Under the pieces are notes generated by a model. It worked only from the letters and a program-made list of their open reading frames with translations. It made no database searches and had not been told where the DNA came from. DNA of 64,000 nt from a virus. How positions within the stretch are numbered: position 1 is the stretch's first letter; each line of letters opens with the position of its first letter. The stretch is taken from IMG/VR virus record IMGVR_UViG_3300008111_001005, positions 3,213 through 67,212 of that record. The stretch is one strand, 5' to 3'. The position numbers were made by a program, and so were the translations under genes. Of this stretch, positions 19,194-29,245 are shown piece by piece.

Positions 19194-20423
19194 GACAACC
19201 TCCAGTAAAGCAATTATCAGGAAGATATTCAGAGATCTGAACCCTAGTTCAGATAACTGGGTTGAAGATGCTATTGAGTGGATTGGGGAAGCTCTTGAAC
19301 ACATCGGAGCTGCAGCCCAATTAGAGAAGAAATTATGCTTAGTTAATATCAAAGATTACAAAGGAGCTCTTCCTACAGATCTTTATTATATCAACCAAGT
19401 AGCTGTAAATAGTTCTGTAAACCCATCTATAGCTACTGAGTTAGATGAATTGCTTGCTAAAGTAGATGACATCTATTATCTGCTTGAGAACAATCCTGCA
19501 CAGGATCTTACATATCAATTGAGAGATTTTAACTCTAGGATTGTTGTTCTTGAGAATATCTACACATCTAGTGAGATGGATATCCATTAGTCCCAGATGA
19601 TATCTCTTTTAAAGAGGCTATGTTCTGGTATATATACAAGAAGATACTTCTTGGGGGAGACTCTATTACAAACAATGGGGTTGATTACACATTTGCTGAG
19701 GGTCAGTGGAAATACTACTGTACTCAAGCTAGAAATGCTGCAAACTACCCAGACATTGCTAAGATGGAAAGCTTTATGAACCAATGGGTTAGACTCATTC
19801 CTAACATCAATAGATATGATGAAGGGTTTGATACTCTTGGAGCTAGAGAGAATCTTTACAGAGGTAGATACAATTCATTCAATGTTCAATCTTGGCCAGA
19901 AGCAAATAGAACGGGAGGTGGAACTCCGTCTACTGGTCCTAAAGCAGAAAGCACCGTGAGAAGAGTTTCACTTGCAGTTTGGGAAGCAAATACAAATGCT
20001 GCTGTTCAAAATGTAATAGCTAATTATCCAACCCCACTTCAATTAAATTCCCCACTTTCTACAGATGTAACATTAACACCTGGAAATGCTACTATCGCTG
20101 TAGGAACTAATAACTGGGTGCTTGGGAATATGAATGCAGGTAATACTCTGCAATTTACATTCAATATTACAGGCACTTTAACGGGTAGTACTAGTGGAGC
20201 TGATATTCTGGTTAGAGTAACTCTTACTAATACAGATAATAACACTAACTATACAATTGGGGAATACTACTACAGCGGGTCAGCTGGAGCAGTATCTTTT
20301 GCTGGGGTAGTAACATACATAAACACTAATATAGCTAGTGCCTCTCTTAAAGTAGAAATAGACTCTCCGAGCGTTCAAATGAATAATGCCCGTATCTCTT
20401 CTGGAAACATTAGAATTCAATAA
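19180..20423 (+). pseudogene. Tail tubular (ring) protein interrupted by a frameshift or deletion near 19575
   Basis: The 5' part (DAIEWIGEALEHIG, LPTDLYYINQV) ends in TAG at 19590. The conserved 3' part DGYPLVPDDISFKEAMFWYI...WKYYCTQAR..A.YP begins in the -1 frame at 19575. Confidence 0.7.
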
Positions 20424-20431
20424 TACCCAAT

Positions 20432-21070
20432 ATGTTCACTTATAGGATATATGTAGATGGAGGTCATCATGTTATAGCTACCTATGAGAATGGAACTCTC
20501 TTAGGAGAAGCTACATATATCATAAGATCATTAGAGGCAATTGCTGGAACAGGAACAACAGTAACTATAAGAAGAGTATATAATCAAGCTGCAGTATTCG
20601 CTAATATCCCATTTGCAGATTTACAACAGAGTACTGGAACTCAGTGGGGTAATAATCAAACAGCTACAGTTAATGCTCTGAATGTATTTTTACAGTCCGC
20701 AGTTGGAGGAGGAACTATAACCTCTGTTAATGGAGATACAGGACCTATAGTTGTATTATTAGGAACAGAGATAAATAGAACTGGAAGTGCTAACATAACA
20801 ATAGATGCTGCTATTTCTAGTACAGAGTCAAGTATAACAGCTTTGTCTGGGGATGTGGCCACTCTGTTTACTATGATTGGGCAAACGAAAGGAGGGGGTG
20901 CTAAAACCTTTCTTAAAGATGAGAATGAAACATCTCAATTAGAAATAACAAGTGCTACAACAAAAGTAAATAATGTATTACTTTTAACTCCTACAAACAC
21001 TGCTCCTGCTAGTCCTCCTACTGGAGGTATGTATATGAACTTAACAGGAGATCTATTTATATCAAAATAA
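20432..21070 (+). CDS. Tail fibre-associated protein
   Basis: ITSVNGDTG fibre motif, short coiled coil, and C-terminal APASPPTGGMY. Confidence 0.55.
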   Translation: MFTYRIYVDGGHHVIATYENGTLLGEATYIIRSLEAIAGTGTTVTIRRVYNQAAVFANIPFADLQQSTGTQWGNNQTATVNALNVFLQSAVGGGTITSVNGDTGPIVVLLGTEINRTGSANITIDAAISSTESSITALSGDVATLFTMIGQTKGGGAKTFLKDENETSQLEITSATTKVNNVLLLTPTNTAPASPPTGGMYMNLTGDLFISK

Positions 21071-21096
21071 AAAATAACTTTTAAAACAAAAACAAA

Positions 21097-22386
21097 ATGG
21101 GTACTTGGAAAAAAGTCTTAACAGAAGCCGACAAATCAACTTTAGGTAATAGTTTAACTAATGCTGATACTGGTCTAGTAGTTGGTAGTCAAGTAGTTAA
21201 CTGGGTAAATGCTCAGGGATATGGTACTGGAGCCGGAGACATTACTGAAGTTAATACTAATTCAGGATCAGGTCTTACTGGAGGTGCTACCACTGGTGCT
21301 GTAACACTTAGTATTGATTATCTTGGAACAGATAACTTTATTAATACACGTACAGCAGTAACAGCCGCTATTGATGCTGGAGATTTTATTTTATATCATG
21401 ATGGTACAGATAGTGATGTAAAAAAGGGTGCTGTATCATATCTTCCATTCACTAATAACACAGGTACAGTAACTAGTGTATCAGTAGTGAGTTCTAATGG
21501 ATTTGCTGGAACATTAACTAATGCTTCTACAACTCCAGCTATTACATTAACCACAACTATAACAGGGGTATTAAAAGGTAATGGGACTGCAATATCTGCT
21601 GCTACTGCAGGAACAGATTATATGGCTCCATCTAGTACGATTAATTTAGGTACAAGCAATTTTGCTTTAAATAGAGCAAGTGCAGCGCAAACATTAAATG
21701 ATGTCAGCATTACTGGTAATGCTACAACTGCAACTACAGCTACAAAATCTACAAACTTAGCTGGGGGTAACAATACTACGCTGTTAGGTTCAATACCTTA
21801 TCAGTCACATGCTGATACTACAACTTTATTATCTCCAAATACAACAACTACAAAACAGTTCTTATCTCAAACCGGGACAGGAACCAATGGGGCAGCTCCC
21901 TCTTGGAGTGCAGTTTCTAAAACAGATGTAGGATTAAGTAACGTAGAAAACACAGCTCTCTCTACATGGACGGGTAGTTCTAACATTACAACAATTGGAG
22001 CAGCTACGGCTACATCATTGATTGTTACTGGGGATTTGACTGTTAATGGAAGTACTACTAATATTAGTACAACTCACCTTATAGTAGAAGATAAAATTAT
22101 CACATTAGCTGATACTGGATCTCCTACAACAACTACTGGTAGTGGAGCTGGTATCCAAATCGAAACCTCCGCAACGGCGGCAGAGTGGCCTGAATTTATC
22201 TGGACAAATGGAGGTAAGTTAACAGGTTGGACAGTTTCTAATCATACTGCAACTGCAACTGTAGACTACCCTGTTGCTATTATGGAGTTTAGTGCATCTA
22301 CTGCCCCAACAACGGGAGATGCTGCGGGATTAGGATCTTTTTACTTTGTTGAATCTACTGGAGCACTTTATATCAGAACTGCGTAA
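21097..22386 (+). CDS. Tail fibre protein
   Basis: T/G/S-rich, with GSGLTGGATTGAVTL, DVGLSNVEN and GDLTVNGSTT...LIVEDKIITL fibre motifs. Confidence 0.75.
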   Translation: MGTWKKVLTEADKSTLGNSLTNADTGLVVGSQVVNWVNAQGYGTGAGDITEVNTNSGSGLTGGATTGAVTLSIDYLGTDNFINTRTAVTAAIDAGDFILYHDGTDSDVKKGAVSYLPFTNNTGTVTSVSVVSSNGFAGTLTNASTTPAITLTTTITGVLKGNGTAISAATAGTDYMAPSSTINLGTSNFALNRASAAQTLNDVSITGNATTATTATKSTNLAGGNNTTLLGSIPYQSHADTTTLLSPNTTTTKQFLSQTGTGTNGAAPSWSAVSKTDVGLSNVENTALSTWTGSSNITTIGAATATSLIVTGDLTVNGSTTNISTTHLIVEDKIITLADTGSPTTTTGSGAGIQIETSATAAEWPEFIWTNGGKLTGWTVSNHTATATVDYPVAIMEFSASTAPTTGDAAGLGSFYFVESTGALYIRTA

Positions 22387-22571
22387 TGGCAATCTTAACC
22401 AAACACGTTGCTAAACAAAACGAGAACACTGATTTATCAGGACAGGAGCTTACATTCTTGCTTAATTTAATTTCAAAGAGTACCTTTGAGGGTCGAGACG
22501 TTCTTCTCTTAAATAGTATTGTCACTAAAATAACAGCAGAAATAAAAGCTCATGAAACTGGAACTCACTGA
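22386..22571 (+). CDS. Small helical protein (possible fibre chaperone)
   Basis: 61 aa, coupled to the fibre stop (TAATG). Confidence 0.5.
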   Translation: MAILTKHVAKQNENTDLSGQELTFLLNLISKSTFEGRDVLLLNSIVTKITAEIKAHETGTH

Positions 22572-22710
22572 AGTCTTGTTTATTAAGGAGTCAATGACTC
22601 ATGTTACTATTAAGGCAATCAATGCTCCACAAGTAGCAAAACTCATTGATAAGATTGATAAAGAAATAGATAGATTAGAAAAAGCACAACTACCTGAAAT
22701 ACCTGACTAA
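22552..22710 (+). CDS. Small helical protein (52 aa), not in the ORF track
   Basis: Reads MKLELTEVLFIKESMTHVTIKAINAPQVAKLIDKIDKEIDRLEKAQLPEIPD*. It fills the gap and is TAATG-coupled to 22710. Confidence 0.6.
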   Translation: MKLELTEVLFIKESMTHVTIKAINAPQVAKLIDKIDKEIDRLEKAQLPEIPD

Positions 22711-23093
22711 TGGGAACTTGGAAAAAAGCAATACTTGAAGGTGATAGTAGTCTACTCCCAACCGGGGGTACGACAGGACAAGTATTGGCTAAAAATTCAG
22801 GGACTAATTATGATGTTACATGGACTACAAAAAAGGTAACTCAAGTTACAGGTAAAACTGTAGCAACTGGAGCATGGTCTTTAGTTTCTGGGGTATATGA
22901 AGCAAGTATATCAGACGCAGCTATTCTTTCTACATCTATTGTAGACATTATCCCAAATAATGCAGACGCAAGCACGATTCGCACAGCGGGTCTTTTGCCG
23001 AGAACTGATAGTAGTTCTGGCTCTGTAAAAATTTATGCAACAAGTGCTCCAACAGCAACAATTACAGTTACTTTAAATATATTTGATTTATAA
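22710..23093 (+). CDS. Short fibre/adaptor protein
   Basis: MGTWKK N-terminus shared with the 21097 gene, and LPTGGTTGQVLAKNSGTNYDVTW fibre motif. Confidence 0.65.
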   Translation: MGTWKKAILEGDSSLLPTGGTTGQVLAKNSGTNYDVTWTTKKVTQVTGKTVATGAWSLVSGVYEASISDAAILSTSIVDIIPNNADASTIRTAGLLPRTDSSSGSVKIYATSAPTATITVTLNIFDL

Positions 23094-24055
23094 TGGCAGT
23101 AGGAAAATTTGCAGTTCCAGCATCGGCCACAGGCGGCGGAGGAAGTGGAACACTTACGAAGACATTAAGGACATATACAAGCGGCGACACGTGGTCAAAA
23201 CCCTCTGGTTTGCAACATATTGAAGTGCTTTGTTGCGGGGGAGGAGGAGCTGGAGGGTCCGGTTCAACCGCCGCAACTTCTACCGTAGCTCGAGCGGGTG
23301 GTGGTGGTGGTGGCGCATCCTGTATGGAGCATCAAATATTGGCATCAGCATTGGGGTCAACTGAGACTGTTACCATTGGAGCTGGTGCTACGGGTCCAGC
23401 AGGTATAAGTGCAAGTAGCACAGCAGGAACATCAGGAGGCGCAGGTGGAGATACTTCGTTTGGTACACATGTTGTAGCAAAAGGGGGCAATGGTGGAGTA
23501 CCAACTGGAGGCCTTCAAAATGCTATAGGAACTGGAACTCCTTCGTACGGCCCAAGGTCATTTCCAGGCGGCGCGGGATCCAACTCAAGCGTATCCGGTG
23601 GGGGCGGAATTCAGGGTGGTGCCCAAACCGTGACGGCAGGAACTACTAACTTAGCATTCGCAATAATGGGTGCCGCTGGCGGTGGAGGTTTGGGTTCTGC
23701 AAATACCATAGGTATAGGTGGAGTAGGAAATAGATATTATCAATTAAACGGCACTCTTTCAACTGCTGCTGCAGCTGGGGCAGTTGCTGGTGCTAGTGGA
23801 TCAAATGGAGCAAATAATGTATGGGATAGATTGTTGCCAAAATTTTTTCTTGATGCTGGAGCTACTGTTACAATAGGGAGTAGTGGTGGTGGTGGAGCCG
23901 GGCAGATAGGCGGAAATGCAGGCAGTGGAGGAAATGGAGGTTTATATGGGGCATCTGGGGCGGGTGGAGGTTCAGCCCGCAACGGATTTACCAGCGGAGC
24001 CGGAGGCAACGGTGCGGGTGGGTTTTGTTTAGTACTTGAATACACAATCACATGA
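23093..24055 (+). CDS. Glycine-rich receptor-binding/fibre tip protein
   Basis: TWSKPSG..IEVLCCGGGGAGGSG...GAGGNGAGGFCLVLEY glycine-rich domain with visibly higher GC. Confidence 0.75.
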   Translation: MAVGKFAVPASATGGGGSGTLTKTLRTYTSGDTWSKPSGLQHIEVLCCGGGGAGGSGSTAATSTVARAGGGGGGASCMEHQILASALGSTETVTIGAGATGPAGISASSTAGTSGGAGGDTSFGTHVVAKGGNGGVPTGGLQNAIGTGTPSYGPRSFPGGAGSNSSVSGGGGIQGGAQTVTAGTTNLAFAIMGAAGGGGLGSANTIGIGGVGNRYYQLNGTLSTAAAAGAVAGASGSNGANNVWDRLLPKFFLDAGATVTIGSSGGGGAGQIGGNAGSGGNGGLYGASGAGGGSARNGFTSGAGGNGAGGFCLVLEYTIT

Positions 24056-24276
24056 TATACGCAATTATAAAAGAAGGTTATATTATTAACCGCATCCTTG
24101 CAGATTCAAAACCAGACTACCCGTTTCCACACGATTGGATTTTCGAGGATGTTGATCATTACACACACATCGGCGACTGGTACGAGGAGGCGGAGGGTAT
24201 CTTCTACCGGCCTATTGGAAGTCCTGAAGATTGGCCAGATGAATTAAAACCACCCCAGCAAGAACAAGATGAATAA
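24052..24276 (+). CDS. Small protein typical downstream of Gly-rich fibres (assembly chaperone-like)
   Basis: YAIIKEGYIINRI...IGDWY pattern. ATGA overlap. Confidence 0.55.
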   Translation: MIYAIIKEGYIINRILADSKPDYPFPHDWIFEDVDHYTHIGDWYEEAEGIFYRPIGSPEDWPDELKPPQQEQDE

Positions 24277-27200
24277 ATTTATTAAGGGAATGTACAAAGA
24301 CTCCGAGAGAGTCGATCAGATTGAGGGCACTTACAGAGATGCCCTCAATGCTAATTTGTACGTATCTAAAGGTGCAGTTGTAAATGAGACAGGGAATGTA
24401 ATAGCTTATACTAATAGATTAGATGAGTGGACAGATATTATTGGGCAATGTAATCTTGAGGATGGGAGAATAGTAGTATTTTACAAAAGAGTTAAAAAGA
24501 CTGGGGGAGCAAGCATATCTGCTATTGGGGTATTAAACCCAAGAGAACAGACTTTTAAAGAACTGTACATTAACGATGATCTTAATTTCCAAGCTGATCA
24601 TACGATTGAAGCTATGGAGAAGATCTCTAGCACTAAAGATGTCCTTATATATTTCACAGATAACTATATTAATAGACAGGTAGACGAGGCTACTGGGATT
24701 TCATATGTTGCAGAAAACAATCCCCCAAGAGTATTTAATCTTTCTAAGCAAGAAAGACATGTAGATGCTACTGGAGGAGATGTAGAAGTTCTTTATGATG
24801 AGAACAGATCATACAATGTAGATAAGCTTGATCTGTTTTTAAATACAGGTAATATCCCACAATTTTTAGATGTTAGCATAGAAGAAGGTGGGGGTGTAGT
24901 ATCAGGAACATACCATCTTGCATTAGCATATGTAGATGAAGATGGAAATGAAACTAACTACATGACTACTTCAAATGCTGTATATCTTGTAACAGCACCT
25001 GAAGATGCAATTCCTACAGAGACTATCATTGGGGATCCACAAGGATCTCAGTCTAATAAATCTATTTCTTGGGAAGTTCAAATCCCATCTAACTTAAACT
25101 ATACTCATATACAACCCACAGTCATTCAAAGATTTGGGGGTATAAACCAAGAGTCTAGTGAGTTTGCATATAAGTTAGACAAAGTAGAGATTATAGATGA
25201 GGCACTCATAACTGTTACCTATACAGGTTTAGAAACAGCAGCATCTACATCTGTAGCATCTACTATCATAGATAGTGTAAGATACGAGACTGCAAAAAGC
25301 ATTACTCAGTTAGATAATCAGATGTATATATCTAACTTAGAAGCTAGAGGAGATATTGGGTATCAGAGATTTGCAAATAACATTCAGCTTGACTCTGTAG
25401 TAGAAACAGTAGAAGACTTTGATCCTAGATACTTTGATGTACTTAGTATTAATAGAGGTAATAGTAACTTTTTATCTACTAATACATCTACATCATATGA
25501 GCTAAGTACTTCTCTGAGAGACTATTACGATGTACAATCTAACGAATTACAAGCACTTAGTGATGCCCAAAAAGCATTCTTTTCTAGTAAAGTCAGAAAG
25601 GGGTATAAAGATGTAAAACTATCTTATAAAATGAAATCCTTCAGACGTTCTGAAGTATATGCATTTTACATATCCTTTGTTTTAAAAGATGGGACTGAGA
25701 CATATGCTTATCATATTCCTGGGAGATCTCAGCGTGTAATAAATTATACATTTGGAGCTTCTAGTATAACTATTAATGAGAATGATCGCATCTCCAATTA
25801 CAATATCCCAAATACAAATGAACTTCTTCTTAATAATTTATTTAATACAGGAGAAATAGCAAAAGCTTATCCAGATGCTAAACTCCATCAAGTTGTAGAT
25901 ACTCAATTACTTGCTTGGGAAGCTTCTGGTGGACAAGACGCAAGGACAACTAGTTACTGGGAAAATGACAACGAGTTGTACCCAGATACAGATGACTTCT
26001 CAATCTTTAATGTAGACAGCAATGGGAAACCTGCAGACACACAAACTGATATTAAACAACTCAATGTTAGGCACCATAAAATGCCTACAAATAAGATAAG
26101 TACTTATGGGTTTGTTGCTAATACAGCGTACGATAATAGTTGGAATGGGATTAATGATTTTGACCCTAATATTAATAATCAGAATACTGGGGTAGGTACT
26201 ACAGATCAAACCCTAACTCTAAAGGAAAATATAAATATCCTTGGAGTTAAGTTATCTAATATAAAGATTCCTCGATTTATTTTAGAGCAAATACAAGGAT
26301 ATAAGATATACTACGCTAAAAGACAGCAGGCTAATAAGACTATTATTGGGCAAAGCGTTGTAGTCCCAAGTGTATTTATTGGGAATATGGTTCCAACAAT
26401 GAGTACTACAAAAGCTAAAGCGGGTCCTTTTAATAGGGCATTTCATATGGTTGGAGCTCCTATACATGATGAAGATTTATTCTTTAATGTTAAAAAAGCC
26501 GTATCTTCAAATGGATATACTTCACTATATAAAGCTTTTTCTGTATTTAAGTTCCACGATTTCAATTTATTAAAGAACAAACATACTCTTACTGGGGCTT
26601 CTCATATTGATATTCAGTATGTACTTCCTATGCAGGTATATGCAGGTGGACCACATGTTAGAGAACGCATTGAAGATGGGCAAGACAGATTTGATAATAT
26701 ACCTTGGGTTGGGACAGATATTGGAAATACTGTAGATCCTGAGGATGCGGGAACCAGTGCAATTCCTCTATATTTAAGAATTACAGCTTTTAATACTTCT
26801 GTATTATTGGCCGCTGGATACGCTAACCCAAGTGCTTTACACTCATCTACAAATTTTGAATTTGCTACAAAGGCAGCTCAAAATAGTTATTTTATAAGCA
26901 ACTTAAATTCAATATTTACTGTACACCCAAAGAGTATTACTTATCTTCCAGGACATACACAATTAGAAGTAGGATCTGGAACTTCATTTCATGGGGTAAA
27001 ATACTTATTAAATTTTGGGGGTGAAAGCGCTATTGCAATTGGGTTAACATCTGGACTCCCAGCACTTAGAGGTTATAAGCAATCCAACTTAGCTACTATT
27101 CTTACAAATGGAAATACTACATATTTATGGAATAGCAGAGGAGTATATTTAGATACTACAGATAATGCAGATAATAAAAATGCATTAACTCAATTAGCCA

Positions 27201-29227
27201 CAAGTAGAACTGGAAATCCAGTATTATACTTGACTAATTTATGCGCAATTAAGAGTGACGTATATAAGTCATTTGACGAGCAAGCTTTAGTGTGGACTGG
27301 GTATTATAAAGATCTTAGTGAAGTTGACGTAGAGAGTGGGGATGATAGAGGTAACAACTATTATGACGGAGCTCAGTCAGATAACATCTTTGGGGGTGAT
27401 ACATACATAACTAGATATGGATTTAGAAGCACCAGTTTAAGATACGGGTGGTCTAGATTTAGTCAAGACATATCTGATGGAGGAGATGATATTCCATTCC
27501 AAGGTAATCATACAGGAAGCTTGCAAGTATCCACAGATGCCACTCAAGCAAATTATAATAACACTGGTAATTGGATTAGAGGTAATAACAACCCAAATGC
27601 ATCTATATACTATTTCTTCTGTGAAGCAGATGATTTGATTGGGTATAGATACAATGCAGATCAGACTCAAGGTGTAAATGAAGATAATGGGAGATTCTTT
27701 GACTATGCTAATGCATCTGCTACGTTGTTTAATTCTCCAATAAAAGATAACACTAAGTCTGATAACTTACTGTATATGAACAACTACTCTCTTAATCAAG
27801 ATATTAGAGTAGCTGTCCCACTTCCTAAAGTAAGAACAGATATAAATAGCTTCCCAACTAGAACCATTAGATCTAATAATGATGAAGGTTCTATCTCTGA
27901 TAAATACAGAAAATACTTAGCACTTGAGTACAAGGATATCCCAAAGAATAAGGGGGATATTTGGAAGATATTCACAATGAATGGGTTACTCTTTATGCAC
28001 ACAGAGAGAAGCCTGTTTACAACTAAGGGCAAGCAAGAGATCAATCTTGGAAACTCAGGGGCTGCATATGTTGGGGGAGGGAATCTGTTTGAGCAAGAAC
28101 CTCAAGAGATTGTAATCTCTGCAGAGGGTTATGGGGGTACAGATGCACAGTTCTCTTCTTTAACTACGAGATACGGACAGTTCTTTGTAAATCGTAAAGA
28201 CCGTAAGGTTTATCTATTTGGGGATCAGATTGAAGAGATAAGTGCAGCTGGAATGGAGTTGTGGTTTATTCAGAATCTCCCATATCAAGTAGAAGAGCTT
28301 GGGTTAGATCTTGATAAAGTCACAAACGCAGATGCCCCAACTAAATGGTTTGGGTTTACAGCTGCATACGATTCTGCATACAAGAGAATCATCTTAACTA
28401 AGAAAGAGAGAAGGTTAATCAATCCAGAAGCTATAAGTAATAACTCAATTCAGAATGGGGAGTTCATTAATCAAGCATACAATGACTTTGATGATGATAA
28501 TCTCTACGAAGATGCTGGGTGGACAATATCATATTACCCTGAATTAAAATCTTGGGGTAGTAGACATAGTTATACTCCTAAACTCTACGCTTATAACTCT
28601 AATGCATTCTTTAGCTTTATCATAGAATCTGGTAAAGGATACATCTGGAAGCATGACAATGACAGTTTTCCATGTAACTTCTATGATGAGCAATTCAACT
28701 TTGAATTTGAGTTTATAGACAATCAATCTCCTGCACAGTCCAAGATATTTAGTGCTGTAAAATACCATGCTGATGTGGTTAGCCCAAGCTCGACATACCC
28801 ACATCAATTACATAAGCATACATCTCCTGGATTTACACAATTCTATGTCTATAATACTAATCAAATATCTGGGGAGAAAGACATTAACTATCTCTCTAAT
28901 TCTAGGCTAGTAGATAGAATATGGTGGATTAATGAGTTCAGAGATATGAGTGCAACTACATCTCTGACTAACAATAGTTTAGTTACTGGGATTATTAATG
29001 TACAAGGAACTTACACAACTGGGGTAGTAAATAACTTAGATGCTATTCCTATGTTCGAAGAAGAAGGAGTAATCAATACTAGTTATTTAAACACAAACAA
29101 AAGTTGGTTTGATCAGAGAAGGCTTGTAGATAATTATTTAGCTATAAGACTAATTAGTGATAATTCAGAGAATAATTTAATATATTTGTATTCTGCAGGC
29201 ACTAAAAACAGACCATCCTTTAGGTAA
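24269..29227 (+). CDS. Muzzle / tail stabilisation protein (P22 gp10-like, crAss Tstab)
   Basis: 1652 aa with FIKGMYKD..., YRDALNA, NPPRVFN, FRRSEVYAFYI, IFGGDTYITR and WTISY...W.SRHSY.P. Confidence 0.85.
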   Translation: MNKFIKGMYKDSERVDQIEGTYRDALNANLYVSKGAVVNETGNVIAYTNRLDEWTDIIGQCNLEDGRIVVFYKRVKKTGGASISAIGVLNPREQTFKELYINDDLNFQADHTIEAMEKISSTKDVLIYFTDNYINRQVDEATGISYVAENNPPRVFNLSKQERHVDATGGDVEVLYDENRSYNVDKLDLFLNTGNIPQFLDVSIEEGGGVVSGTYHLALAYVDEDGNETNYMTTSNAVYLVTAPEDAIPTETIIGDPQGSQSNKSISWEVQIPSNLNYTHIQPTVIQRFGGINQESSEFAYKLDKVEIIDEALITVTYTGLETAASTSVASTIIDSVRYETAKSITQLDNQMYISNLEARGDIGYQRFANNIQLDSVVETVEDFDPRYFDVLSINRGNSNFLSTNTSTSYELSTSLRDYYDVQSNELQALSDAQKAFFSSKVRKGYKDVKLSYKMKSFRRSEVYAFYISFVLKDGTETYAYHIPGRSQRVINYTFGASSITINENDRISNYNIPNTNELLLNNLFNTGEIAKAYPDAKLHQVVDTQLLAWEASGGQDARTTSYWENDNELYPDTDDFSIFNVDSNGKPADTQTDIKQLNVRHHKMPTNKISTYGFVANTAYDNSWNGINDFDPNINNQNTGVGTTDQTLTLKENINILGVKLSNIKIPRFILEQIQGYKIYYAKRQQANKTIIGQSVVVPSVFIGNMVPTMSTTKAKAGPFNRAFHMVGAPIHDEDLFFNVKKAVSSNGYTSLYKAFSVFKFHDFNLLKNKHTLTGASHIDIQYVLPMQVYAGGPHVRERIEDGQDRFDNIPWVGTDIGNTVDPEDAGTSAIPLYLRITAFNTSVLLAAGYANPSALHSSTNFEFATKAAQNSYFISNLNSIFTVHPKSITYLPGHTQLEVGSGTSFHGVKYLLNFGGESAIAIGLTSGLPALRGYKQSNLATILTNGNTTYLWNSRGVYLDTTDNADNKNALTQLATSRTGNPVLYLTNLCAIKSDVYKSFDEQALVWTGYYKDLSEVDVESGDDRGNNYYDGAQSDNIFGGDTYITRYGFRSTSLRYGWSRFSQDISDGGDDIPFQGNHTGSLQVSTDATQANYNNTGNWIRGNNNPNASIYYFFCEADDLIGYRYNADQTQGVNEDNGRFFDYANASATLFNSPIKDNTKSDNLLYMNNYSLNQDIRVAVPLPKVRTDINSFPTRTIRSNNDEGSISDKYRKYLALEYKDIPKNKGDIWKIFTMNGLLFMHTERSLFTTKGKQEINLGNSGAAYVGGGNLFEQEPQEIVISAEGYGGTDAQFSSLTTRYGQFFVNRKDRKVYLFGDQIEEISAAGMELWFIQNLPYQVEELGLDLDKVTNADAPTKWFGFTAAYDSAYKRIILTKKERRLINPEAISNNSIQNGEFINQAYNDFDDDNLYEDAGWTISYYPELKSWGSRHSYTPKLYAYNSNAFFSFIIESGKGYIWKHDNDSFPCNFYDEQFNFEFEFIDNQSPAQSKIFSAVKYHADVVSPSSTYPHQLHKHTSPGFTQFYVYNTNQISGEKDINYLSNSRLVDRIWWINEFRDMSATTSLTNNSLVTGIINVQGTYTTGVVNNLDAIPMFEEEGVINTSYLNTNKSWFDQRRLVDNYLAIRLISDNSENNLIYLYSAGTKNRPSFR
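29181..29188 (+). promoter_or_regulatory. TATATTTG -7 element inside the muzzle 3' end, upstream of the cargo operon
   Basis: TAnnTTTG match about 60 nt before the ATG at 29246. Confidence 0.35.
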
Positions 29228-29245
29228 TCATTGAAAATTAATACA

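Noticed and set aside
19588-19614. Amber read-through followed by -1 frameshift at T_TTA_AAG restoring the tail-tube gene
   Set aside because: It needs two recoding events, and it would skip the conserved DGYPLVPDDIS motif that already lies in the -1 frame upstream of the heptamer. No suppressor tRNA is in the window.
20432-24276. Diversity-generating retroelement acting on fibre genes
   Set aside because: No reverse transcriptase, and no template/variable repeat pair differing at adenines was seen.
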